This document shows positions 14,673 to 25,803 of a stretch of 64,000 nucleotides of DNA, piece after piece (position 1 is the stretch's first letter; every line of letters starts with the position of its first letter). The stretch is from Utricularia gibba (lineage: Eukaryota > Plantae > Magnoliophyta): positions 1,426,001 through 1,490,000 of the forward strand of contig NEEC01000015.1 in NCBI GenBank assembly GCA_002189035.1. The letters are read 5' to 3'. The notes under the pieces are model-generated. The model saw only the letters and a program-made list of their open reading frames with translations, made no database searches and was not told the origin of the DNA. Both the position numbers and the translations under genes were made by a program.

Positions 14673-14858
14673 GAATGATAAATATCTTAGCGCCCGACGA
14701 GGACGCCACCGCGCGCGCGTGTGTATATATAATATATGGCCCTCAAACACTGTTGAGTTTACCCCGACACATAACCCTTTTAGAGTCTACTAATTTCGTT
14801 TTTGTCTACTTCCCAGGTGCGTACACACGGAATCGGACTGGATATCCTTAAGATAATC

Positions 14859-15118
14859 TTTATTTATTTTCGAAAATATTGATGTGGCATTCTCAAAAGT
14901 GAGATTTGAAAATGAGGAAATTTGTTTTTCATTTTTTTCGGAAACGAAAATAAGAAAACCTGATTTTCTTTAGGAATTGACTTAAAATATAATTTATGAT
15001 ATTTATTTTAATATTATGATTTTCGAAAATAGATATAAATATAACAAAAATTTAATAAAGTAAACTTAATAACTCAATTTTCGAAAATATTATATCAGTA
15101 TTTTTGAAAATAAATAAA
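14859..15118. mobile_element. AT-rich foldback, MITE-like
   Basis: Terminal 20-mers tttatttattttcgaaaata (14859) and tatttttgaaaataaataaa (15099-15118) are inverted copies with 19/20 matches. No clear TSD, and the AT-richness weakens significance. Confidence 0.35.
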
Positions 15119-15386
15119 AATGTTCTAATAATGGAATTGGAATTTGATTGAGTTTTGAATATATTATTATATTTTAAAAATAATTTATTATTTTAGAAAG
15201 AATAAAAATTTAAAAGTATTTCGTATTTTTAAAAATATAAATCCCAATTCTTATTTTATTAAAATTAGTTATTACAAAATGATTTTCGAAAAATAGAATC
15301 AAATAGAATATTAAAATATCCACTTGTCCGAAGAAGATAGGAAAGGAACGTGAGGGGGCAGCCCGTGGTGACTTGCGTTTCACAAA

Positions 15387-15437
15387 TGGGCCGACATCGC
15401 TTTTTGAATAGTTGGGCCCAGAGAGGCGCATTGGGCC
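15387..15437 (+). promoter_or_regulatory. Three site II (TGGGCC) elements upstream of the complex I subunit gene
   Basis: TGGGCC at 15387, 15413 and 15432, 70-120 nt before the ATG at 15509. Site II/TCP elements are established features of nuclear respiratory-chain gene promoters. Confidence 0.6.
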
Positions 15438-15508
15438 CGCAACGTCTGTAGGAAATGAGCTAAAATTTAATCTGGTTCATTTCGTTCGTTTGCTGACTGC
15501 TGGAGGCG

Positions 15509-15911
15509 ATGAACACTGATATTACGGCGTCGGCGAAGCCGGAGTACCCGGTGATCGATCGGAACCCGCCGTTCACGAAGACGGTGGCGAACTTTAACAC
15601 CCTTGATTACCTCCGATTCTCCACCATCACTGGTGTTTCCGTTGTCGTCGGATATCTCTCAGGTACCATTTGGGTTTGCGGTTAGCGTCGATGATCTGGA
15701 ATGTATTACCTGAAAGCGTTTTGATTTCGCGTCCTTTTTCGAATGGTGGGAGTAATTAGGGATTAAGCCCGGGATAAGGGGGCCGTCAATGGTTACCGGT
15801 GGTCTGATAGGGTTAACGGGAGGTTTCATGTACGCGTACCAGAATTCTGCGGGCAGGCTCATGGGCTTTTTCCCCAATGATGGTGAGGTTGCCAAGTACA
15901 AGAAGAAGTGA
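15509..15911 (+). CDS. NADH:ubiquinone oxidoreductase 20.9-kDa subunit (complex I accessory subunit), 2 exons
   Basis: MNTDITASAKPEYPVIDRNPPFTKTVANFNTLDYLRF...SG|IKPGIRGPSMVTGGLIGLTGGFMYAYQNSAGRLMGFFPNDGEVAKYKKK*. GT-AG intron at 15663-15760. Confidence 0.9.
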
Positions 15912-16532
15912 TCCTTGTTTTCAAGGATTTCCCCATTCCCCGTTAGTTCGTTCTTCCTGGAACAAAAACATAGCATTTGGGGAAGTTGTTAACATTCCCA
16001 ATGATAAAAGAGCTAGTGTTCTGAACTCGAAACCGTTTATGCTCAATTTGCTTATTTGAATTTATCTTGTTTTTCTATGCCATCTTGAATGTAGTGTTCA
16101 ATCCAGTACCACATCGGTTGTTGATTAATAAACCCTGGTGACATTGTAGACTTCATGTTTTCACATGTATGCAAGTCCCTGCCTCTCTCAAATTGAGAGA
16201 TGAATGATGCGGGTGAGAGAACTGTGTAACTTTTCCCAAATTTGAGTTTGGTCTTTTCACCAGTTATCAGTTACTACCATTTCATTTAAACGTTTTAGAG
16301 TTCTGTTACTTGAGCAAATATGTAAAAAGTAGTGTGTGTAAATTGTGCTGGTGAGCATTTGTTGCTTTGAGACTTGATACAAGGAATGACCAGCCTTGAG
16401 GGTCAACAAAAACTCCACCATAACTGCTGATCTTCTGTGGCATTAGTTAGAAGGATGCACTGGTGGAACTTGCAAGGCAGGTTCATGAACCTGGTTTTTG
16501 CACATTATTGCATCTGGTATTGTATTGCATCT

Positions 16533-16567
16533 GCTCAATATATATTGCACCACAATATATATTGAGC
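16533..16567. repeat. Perfect 15-bp inverted repeat with 5-nt loop
   Basis: gctcaatatatattg-cacca-caatatatattgagc, read directly. Confidence 0.85.
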
Positions 16568-17991
16568 CAGTCATCCCCTGTTCAAATTTAATCCAATTTT
16601 TATCGTGAACGATTTTTAACTCAAAACTATTTTAAGTATAGTTAAATCGTGGTTTTGAAACAATGTCTAGTTTCGAAAAGTGTGCAGCATTTGGGTTGAT
16701 TTGGTTTGTCTCATGTTGATAGAATGTGATTCCAATTGGTGCGTATCATATTTCTCAGTTAATTTCCGGTGTAGAGGGACCGATGCATGCCTCAGAATCC
16801 AGCAGCAAGTATCCTTAGGGGCATTTGTCTCGATCAATCTGATTAGGGAGAACTAGAGACTTCATCTGTTTGATGAGGTTGCAAGGATCAGGAATTGAAG
16901 CATGCCTGAAGGTCAGTTCTCGTGAACTCCAGGAATTCAGAAGATTGGAGCAAGAAGCAATACCCTTGAGAGATGAAACAGAGAGATCAGCTATGCCTTC
17001 CCAAATATCATCTCCATCTATTAATGAAGATGGGATCCTCTACTGAGTCCAGGGGATCTCTTGGTGAAGGAAGTATACAACTTGGAAGTAGAGGAACCAA
17101 AGAAAAAGCCTAACTCACACAAGACATATGCATGTTTCTAGCCAAGGAGGATGACTCCCTCCACATATTGTGGTTCAATACCACATGTTTTAGACAATTT
17201 ACACTTAAATTATTTATTTAGTGAATAACAAAGTATTCAATAAATGCTAAAATATTTTCAACAAATTTTCAATGAATATTTCATAAATAAGATTATTTAA
17301 GTTGTAAAAATTTATTTATTGTAAAAGAAGATTTATTATGAAATAATTAAATTAATATTTTAAATTAATTAGAATAATTTTGTAATCAAACTTTTAAATT
17401 TTATATCATTTTTTTAAACTAAATTATTTTTTTAATAATTTCAGACTAATAATTAACCAAATAACCTCTAAAATTCATTAACTAATTTGGGGAATTTTAA
17501 GAGTAAAAAAAATAAAGAAACCTAAAAGTGGGAGGATTCAGGTTTGTGGGGGAGGCGCCGTCACGTGATCAGAAACCTATTTCCCGGGAATGAAAACCGT
17601 CAGCCACTAGGGCTGTGCTGTGCAGTCGTTGAAGAATCACCCCTTCAGCTTTCAATGAAGTCATTCGCGATTTTACCAGGAAGATGATGAGGACCACGCA
17701 AACAGCCCTTTTCATTAGGTCCAATCATGAATTCTATAAATACCTAGATTCCACCGTCCTCTGCCCTTTTCACTGCATTTGGGCGCTTATCTCCGTGTCC
17801 TGCAAGCTTCCGCGGTGGAATTTTGGCCGCTGGGTGTTCCCGATCCAGTAAAGTTGCAATCTTGGGTGATCCTTTTTCGTGGGCTTCTTTTTATTTGTTG
17901 GTCGGTGAAGGATTGAATTGATTACCTTGCCTATAAAACATGTGTCGTGGGTTTTGATTTTTCGTCGGTTTCTTGTTTTTTAGATGCGTCT

Positions 17992-19258
17992 ATGGGTTCG
18001 CATATGGCTGACCAAGGAAATATCGAGCCGTTCGTGGAGGTTGACCCCACGGGGCGCTACGGCCGTTACCATGAGCTTTTAGGCGCCGGAGCCGTGAAAA
18101 AAGTGTACAGAGGATTTGACAGGGAAGAAGGGATCGAAGTTGCGTGGAATAAAGTGAAGTTGAGGAATTTCAGCGATGACGAAGCGATGATTAATCGTTT
18201 TTATTCGGAGGTTGAATTGTTGGGGAAGTTGAAGCACAAAAATATTATCTCGTTGCACTCTGTTTGGAACGACGAGACTAAAAACTCACTCAATTTCATA
18301 ACCGAAGTCTGCACTTCGGGGAACTTGAGAGAATACCGGAGGAAGCACAAAAGTGTTTCTCTCAAAGCGTTGAAGAAATGGTCAAGGCAGATCCTCAAAG
18401 GACTGGAGTATCTGCATACTCATGACCCCTGTGTGATCCATAGAGATCTCAATTGTAGCAACATCTTCATCAATGGCCACATTGGCCAGGTATCTTCTTT
18501 GAACTCATAGCCACATCTTGTTCAGTTTTAGGGCTTGTGGGAGCCCGAATTCCCAGTTCAGCTAGATTGAGATCGATTACTTCTGTTGCCCTTTTCAAGT
18601 TTCTGGATCTTTCTGGATTTCCTTGGTTTTAAAAAATCCCAGTTCGTTTAAAGTTTGCTTTTTTTTTTTTCCCTTCCTGTTTCAAGGAACAAACTTGTGT
18701 TACTGGTCAGCCTCTATTCATACTAGACAAGTACTGATGATCCTTCTTGCCCAGTTCATTCCATCCCTTAACAACATCCCAATCCGCGTAGATGGGGGCT
18801 TGATGATTTAAACTTTCCCTGTCTGTCTCCGTGTTCAGATTTGTGGGATTTCATTCATCATGTGCTTTATACATTACATGCAGGTAAAGATTGGCGATTT
18901 TGGATTTGCAGCTGTGGTGGGAGGAAACCACCACGCTCATTCCCTGCTGGGCACACCGGAATTCATGGCACCAGAGCTCTACGACGAAGACTACACGGAG
19001 CTAATCGACATATACTCCTTTGGTATGTGTCTGCTGGAGATGACAACTCTGGAGCTTCCCTACAGTGAATGTGACAACGTTGCCAAGATTTACAAGAAGG
19101 TTGTATCCGGGCTGAGGCCTCGAGCCATGAGCAAAGTGGAGGACCCTGAGACGCTTGCTTTTATCGAGAAGTGCCTCGCACCGCCGACGGAGAGGCCGTC
19201 CGCAGCCGAACTCCTGAAAGATCCCTTCTTCGAGGGGATTGATGATAATGCCGAATGA
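17992..19258 (+). CDS. WNK11: WNK (with-no-lysine) Ser/Thr kinase, short WNK11 type, 2 coding exons
   Basis: [35 protein letters not shown]|[10 protein letters not shown] and [11 protein letters not shown]. There is no long C-terminal regulatory domain. The exact start codon is uncertain (17984/17992/18004). Confidence 0.9.
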
Positions 19259-19437
19259 TTGATAATGTGAACCCAAGTCGTTTATTTCATTATACACGAT
19301 ACACACAGGGTTTCTCATATTCGTTAAATCACCTCTCTGTATGTAGATGACATGGATTGGTGAATGGCCCGAGATGAATTGATTCGAAACGAACTTTGAA
19401 ACAATACCAACTCATAACCATCTTAGAAACACCATAA

Positions 19438-19704
19438 GGCATGTTTGGTAGTAAGTCTGAATTAATAGTGGTTAAAATTACTAAGGTATAAAATTGAGTT
19501 TAAAGTTATCCCCAGTTTAGATAAAAACCAGTTTGATAATAATGTTTATTTAAATCTTTGTTTATAGCATAACTTATTTAATAAATAACATCTAGTTTAT
19601 TTTAAACATATCAATGAGGTGGGTTTAGTTAAATTCAAGAAACTTAGAAAAATGGTGTTTATTTTAAACTCGAATTTAAATTGAACTCTTCCACCAAACA
19701 CGCA
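19438..19704. mobile_element. Tourist/PIF-Harbinger-like MITE (267 bp)
   Basis: TAA|GGCATGTTTGGT ... ACCAAACACGCA|TAA: imperfect 12-bp TIRs (10/12), a TAA target-site duplication and an AT-rich interior. A second TIR-like end (ctaccaaacgtgacc) lies at 19745-19759. Confidence 0.55.
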
Positions 19705-20429
19705 TAATATTAAACCAAACTTGATAAAATTAGTCTAAACACTCCTACCAAACGTGACCATAAAAGTTTAATAAATCTGAAGAAATGTCTCAATGTGATG
19801 AATTCTTTTCTAACTTTTTGATATGATATTTTCTAAATCGTGCTAATTTACATTGTTTATAACATATCATTTCGATAATTGTTTTGAAATAATCATATTC
19901 ATGCATTAAAATTCTTATATTTATCATAAAATATTACAAAAAAACTAAAAAAGTATAGATTCATAATTTAACCTTAGATTAAACCCATACTGTGAACATA
20001 AAATGCAGAAAAAAAAAACAAATTTTAAAATAGAATATTAATATTATTACTCTATTTGCATTAAAAGGGGGAAGCAATTAGTTGTAAACAGTTGGATTGG
20101 AACATTTAACTGTCGTCGAGTCACTACTGCAGCCAGGCTCCAACCAGCTGGCAGTTGACACTTCAATCATTCACCTTCTCAAGGCACGTGCCATTGAAAA
20201 TGTATCTCTATATATAATAGAAGCGCGAGGCTGGAAAAATTACCGATGTGGGATACGGATTTGAATCATTCTCCGGTCCCGATTTCCTTGTCGAGAGAAA
20301 GGTGTGGATGAAGCCTAAGGCACCCCAAAGGCCAAAAGTGGAACGAGTATAAGAAGAATGGTGATGAGCCAAGTGCTGAAGAAGCACGATCGACATTGAA
20401 TCAAAGGGCTTTGGGTGCGTAGTTATATA

Positions 20430-20610
20430 TTAGGATATTAGTATGTTTAAGTATAATAATATATAATGATTGATATATAATAATATAATTTAAATATATA
20501 ATTAATATATTTTTCATTTATTTATATCATCTATATATTTAAAAAAATAAATATATAAATAATATAGCAATATAAGATTAATATACATATACTATTTAAT
20601 CAAACGACAG
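20430..20610. repeat. AT-rich dispersed repeat, related to ~58165-58390
   Basis: Shared blocks ttttcatttattt...tcat(c/t)tatatatt(t/c)aaaaaataa(a/g)tatat and the ending atttaat(c/t)aaac(g/a)aca occur at both sites. Low complexity limits confidence. Confidence 0.35.
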
Positions 20611-22110
20611 TATATATAAAAACTTGAGTATAAGCATTCTATAACCAACTATCAAATACATCTTTTCTTTTACCCTATTGCTATGCGATTGATGCTAGTA
20701 ATATTTTAAAATGCAAATCATATTAAATCCATATTCGTGTTTGTTTAGGATTGAATTCTTTATAATAAATTTAAGTTATTATAAGCATATTATAAAAATA
20801 ATTTTATATAAATTATCGAATGGGATTCAAAAAATCATGAATCAGTGCTATTTTGAAGCATTAGTATAAAAAATATATAATAAATTTAATAAAATTATAT
20901 TATACATGTGGTTTGTGGTTAAATTTATGTCCTAGTTTTATTAATTGAAATCCGTTTATATGAAATACTAACAATAATAATATGAAATAATGTTATTGCA
21001 AAAAAAATATTATATTCGATTAACTGAATATAATAAGCGAAAAATGGAGTATTAAAATCGAAGTCGAAAAACCGAAATTGAATTTACCGTTATTTTTGTC
21101 CACACGTAATAGTGATGATTAGCTTGTTTTTTTTTTTTTTTTGTTATTACAAGAGAAATAGGAGTCAATGAATTTGCTGTTGTAATTCAAGCTCAGCATG
21201 CACTGTCTACTTTCTATGGAGTTATGACAAAATTGCGTGCATAGATATGGGGAGATTTTCTTTCACTCCCCACAACCAACAATCCCACGTTCAACCCAAT
21301 CCTGTATTGTATAATCCTATCCATCCCTATCCAATTTCTTCATCATGGGCAATGTAAAATGGATTTCCTTCTCCGTTCAGTTCTTTTCTTTTTGTTTGGG
21401 AGATTTTTTTATTGTGGGTGTTGAAAAAGAAGTGGAATAAACAACGCAGAGGACTTTTGGGGTGGGAAGAGGAAGGGAAGAGAGAGGGGGAGCATGTCTT
21501 CTTCTTCTTCTTCTTCTCACTGTGGATTGCTCCCTTGTTAGATCTGGATGTCTCCTAAAGTTTTCATTATACCCATGTGGGGAGGCATTCAAAACCAGCA
21601 TTTGATTGATTGCTTACTTGTGTGTGTTGTGTTCTTCTGGTTGTGTTGATAAGGAGTCGGGATTTTCAGGTTTAGGCGTTGTGAATTGGAACTACGGAGG
21701 ATCGTATTATTTTAGATTGATTCTACATTTCCAAGTTAATATCAGAAGATCGATTGTTTTGTGGGTTCTTTCTGATTTCTTGGATAAGGTAATGGTTCTT
21801 TGTGTTTACTTCATGTTTGCTCGATTTTATTTTTACCGGGTTTGATCTGCCAACCCATCTTTTTGACTGATCATAGCTGGATTTTTTGATTCTGTGTCAT
21901 TCGGTTATCTTTGATCCAGCACATTGGTGTTATGTTCCGCATCGCTTTCTTTTTGTTTGTTGCAATACTTGTAGAGTTTCGAGTAGTTCAATACTGTCCA
22001 TGTGAGATGCTATGAAAGTGCGTCGTGAATGATACTTGAGTCCTTTTAACCTGGGTATTGTTTGATTTTCCCAATGAAGGTGTGGGTAGTTTTGTACCAT
22101 AGTAGAAAAC

Positions 22111-23751
22111 ATGGATGTGGATCAGGGTAAGCTTTTTGTTGGTGGAATTTCCTGGGATACAAATGAGGATCGTCTAAGAGAATATTTTGGAGCATATGGA
22201 GAAGTTACAGAATCCGTGATCATGAAAGATCGTGCCACAGGCCGTGCTCGAGGCTTTGGCTTCATAGTGTTTGCTGACCCTGCTGTTGCTGAAAGAGTCA
22301 TAAGGGAGAAACACATGATTGATGGGCGAAGTGTAAGTTGAATACCTCGGTACTCTGCTGTTCATGCTAACATTGCACAAATTTTGGATGTCCAAGTTTG
22401 TGCAATGACTTTCTCTTCATCATACTGAGGCACGAATGAACCAATCCTTTTGTATTTTTACTGTGAACATGTTGTCTTCTAGGTGGAAGCGAAGAAAGCT
22501 GTTCCAAGGGATGATCAAAACCTGGTGAACAGAATAAATGGCAGCCTTCCAGTATCACCAGGGCCTGATCGTACTAAAAAGATTTTTGTGGGAGGGTTAC
22601 CCTCCTCCCTCACTGAAAATGATTTTAAAGATTACTTTGAACAGTTTGGCATCATAACTGATGTTGTTGTTATGTATGATCATAATACCCAAAGGCCAAG
22701 AGGTTTTGGTTTTATAACTTATGATTCTGAGGAGGCTGTGGACAGGGTCTTGCACAAGACATTTCACGAGCTAAATGGTAAAATGGTTGAGGTAAAAAGA
22801 GCAGTACCCAAAGAGTTGTCTCTTGGACCAAGTCGAAGCCCTCTCTCTGGTTACAACTACAGTATGAGCAGAAGCAACAACTTCCCTAATAACCTCCCTG
22901 AGGGACACAGTATTGGCTCAGTTGGAAGCTATGGAGTCAGGGTGGATGGTCGATATAGTCCATTATCTAGCACTCGTGCTGGTTTATCACCTTTCCGCTC
23001 TGCATTTGGAATGGGTGTGAACATGGACCAAGGATTGAATGTTGGCTTCGGTGGGGGTGCAAGCTTTATCACCAATAACAGTTTTGGTCGTGTCCCAAGT
23101 CCTTATATCAGCGATACACAGGGTTGGTGCACTTCTCCTATTGGTTACAACCCAGGTAGCAGCAGGAGTCTTTCTTCTATGAATGAATCACCAAGAAGTG
23201 TATGGGGGAATGGTGGTCTTAGCACATCATCACATTCTTCTGTCTCCAATTCATACCTTGCATCAGGAAGTGGCGGTTTTCGAGCCTTTAGAAACCTTGG
23301 ATCCAACTGGGGAGCTTCTCCTATTGTCCCTCTCTTGGACTGAGCTCCTCAGGATATAGTGCTGGAAATGCCAGTTTTGGAGGTGGAGAAAGCAGTTATG
23401 TATTTGGTGGAGGAAGCAATGGGACTGGTGGAGGAGCTGCAACATCTTCATTTGGTAATGTGAACAGAGATTATGAACCAGCCTATGGAGATTTCCACCA
23501 CGGTGGCTCACTTTTTGGGGGTCATTCGTGGCACTCTTCATCTTCTGATCTGGGTGTCTCTGCTTCATTTGGTCGTTATGGTCTCGGAAATTCCGAGGAT
23601 GCTACAGCAGATGACCTTGAGGACTATGCTGTAGGCTATGATGTTCCAAATAGGCAACCAAGTAGAGGTGATATCCTCATCATTAGCTCCTTTTACTTTC
23701 TACTTTGTGCAGAACTAAAACCTCATTTTTTTCTCAGGAGTTGCTGCCTAA
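22111..23751 (+). CDS. hnRNP A/B (Musashi-like) two-RRM RNA-binding protein, 3 coding exons, with one -1 frameshift near 23292-23340
   Basis: RRM1 KLFVGGISW...RGFGFIVF and RRM2 KIFVGGLP...RGFGFITY. The Gly/Ser-rich tail continues in another frame to RQPSR|GVAA* (last exon 23738-23751). Confidence 0.88.
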
Positions 23752-24125
23752 TGGATTCCAGGATCCCAAAAACATAGTATAGAAGATGAAACTCAACAAG
23801 CGTGTGGATTGCGAATCGAAACTGTATCCCTATAGATTTACAAGCATATCAGCTAACAGGAGATTCAAAAGTTGCCTTGGAAGGACAATGTTATTGTCAT
23901 ATTTAAAGACTCAAGGTTTGATTTCCAGTTCCCTTCTTTGTCATTTTGGTTGAGATGTGAATCGGAACGGCCACAAAAACAACACTGGAGAGGGTGTTTC
24001 ATCATTCTGCTTTTCGACACATAAGAAACACAACACACATTGTTGCCATTCTTTGGTTGCTGCTTATCTAGATTTGTTTGTATTACCCTGATTGTCTCTC
24101 TGTTGACTGACTGGAGTTATGTATC

Positions 24126-24314
24126 CAGGCTTTTTTCTGTATGAAACACAACCCCCTACTCTTCAAACTCTCCCTCATTTGGAGAGCTTCATTAGCCTCC
24201 TTTGTCTTTCTGGGTTTTCAGGCTTTTTTCTGAATGAAACGCAAGCCCCTACTCTTGAAACTCTCCCTCATTTGGAGAGCTTCATTAGCCTTCTTTGTCT
24301 CTCTGGGTTTTCAG
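24126..24314. repeat. Two-copy 93-bp tandem direct repeat
   Basis: The unit caggcttttttctg...ctgggtttt starts at 24126 and again at 24219, with only a few substitutions. Confidence 0.95.
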
Positions 24315-24612
24315 TTCTAGAGAATAATGACCAGCCCGAGAGCAATTGTTTTTGATTGCTGGCAGTAGCGTTAATGGATGACAACGAAGCTCATCTTTTC
24401 CACAGGCTTAGAGCTGAGTTGAAACTAGGCAAAGGCATAACGACAAGCAAGCTAACACAGGGTGGTTTAGTACAACAATCCATATTAGGTTATTACAAAG
24501 GACGATAAATCATGTCATTAGTGGAAGCATGAAGACACGGTAGGGTGCTAGGGACATGAAATGAATGCAAAAACACCTAGCACTGCGCTGCATTTCAAGA
24601 ACCTAAACGAAC

Positions 24613-25803
24613 TCAGAAGAAGGCTCTGCTTCCATAGAACACTCGAGAACCTGAATTCTTAGATGCCGGGGTCTTCTGCTCCGAGCCGGAAGAGCTTTCG
24701 GTGCTCTTTGCATCACCCTCAAGGTCCACCGGTAGCTTCATCTTCGCCAATGACTCTGTGAACTGTTGCATACTTTTCATGTACAGGTCCACTATCTCCT
24801 GCTGAACCACCTTTGCTTCTGGTTCATATTTCACAGAGACGACTGGCTTCACAATTGTGGCATCACTGGTGTCAGTGCTAGGGGTGCTGAGAATTCCCTT
24901 GGTGTTGTCATTAGGTGGGGAAACATGTTCAACGTTTCCAACCTTGGAAGCCCCGGATGATGCAGAGGTAACAGGAAGAGAGATGGAAGCTCTTTCATTT
25001 GTTGACACACTGCTTGAAGGAGATTCAATCTTTTGTGGTGGATCCTTGCCCTCCGAGCTTTTGTGGGTATCAATCTCAGAGATGACTACTTCCTGTTCAA
25101 ATGCAAAGTATTCTTCCACCATCTTATTAGTCTCGTTTACTACCTGAGGATCAGGGAACTCAATACTATCCAAGACACTGTCTGTGTTGGTCGTCTCGAT
25201 AGCATCCGGGATAATTTCCGGTTGAGCAATTGGGATAACTTCCGGTTGAGCTCCAACATACAGAACTGTCAGATGAACAAACCCTGCTGGGGAATGGAAC
25301 AGATCAGTTGAAGACAGGGAGACATCCTTCTCCAATTTACCATTCTGAAGGAGAATTTCAGATATGGGGACCAAAGCAAACCCAAGAAGCTGGTCTTCGA
25401 GGTAGTTCCTGACCCTACTGAGCATCCATACTTCACATTTGAGAGAGGAGTCGACAGTGCGGACATTCAAGCTAAGGCTTTCGTTGAAAACAGGATTCCT
25501 CCCACCGCCGTTGATGATCTTAGTTGAGACCGTGTTTTCAGGGTCGCTAGTCAAACAAAGTTTCGCATAAACATCTTGTTTCTGATAGATGCAAACGTCA
25601 TGGATATCTCTAGCTTGGTGAATGAAAACCTCTAGAGCACCAATGAAATCCACAGAGCCTCCCACTGCAGCATCGCTTTTGTTTCCAAAATTGATTTCCT
25701 TCGGTATGAAGCTGGTGTTCTCAAGAACAACAGATGAATCTTCTTTTCCAGCCTCATGAAGAACATTAGATTTCCGTGCAGGGGAACCAACAGATGAATT
25801 CAT
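24613..25803 (-). CDS. C2-domain calcium-dependent lipid-binding protein, single coding exon
   Basis: 396-aa ORF with a C2 domain (LEVFIHQARDIHDVCIYQKQDVYAK...GGGRNPVFNE) and the family C-terminus MQQFTESLAKMKLP...VFYGSRAFF. Confidence 0.9.
   Translation of the reverse strand: MNSSVGSPARKSNVLHEAGKEDSSVVLENTSFIPKEINFGNKSDAAVGGSVDFIGALEVFIHQARDIHDVCIYQKQDVYAKLCLTSDPENTVSTKIINGGGRNPVFNESLSLNVRTVDSSLKCEVWMLSRVRNYLEDQLLGFALVPISEILLQNGKLEKDVSLSSTDLFHSPAGFVHLTVLYVGAQPEVIPIAQPEIIPDAIETTNTDSVLDSIEFPDPQVVNETNKMVEEYFAFEQEVVISEIDTHKSSEGKDPPQKIESPSSSVSTNERASISLPVTSASSGASKVGNVEHVSPPNDNTKGILSTPSTDTSDATIVKPVVSVKYEPEAKVVQQEIVDLYMKSMQQFTESLAKMKLPVDLEGDAKSTESSSGSEQKTPASKNSGSRVFYGSRAFF

Noticed and set aside
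17139-17158. tagccaaggaggatgactcc resembles miR169 (TAGCCAAGGATGACTTGCC)
   Set aside because: It has a 3-nt insertion and a divergent 3' end, and I see no complementary star arm nearby.
24165-24190. actctccctca in the 93-bp repeat matches the first 11 nt of miR477
   Set aside because: The rest does not match and there is no precursor hairpin.
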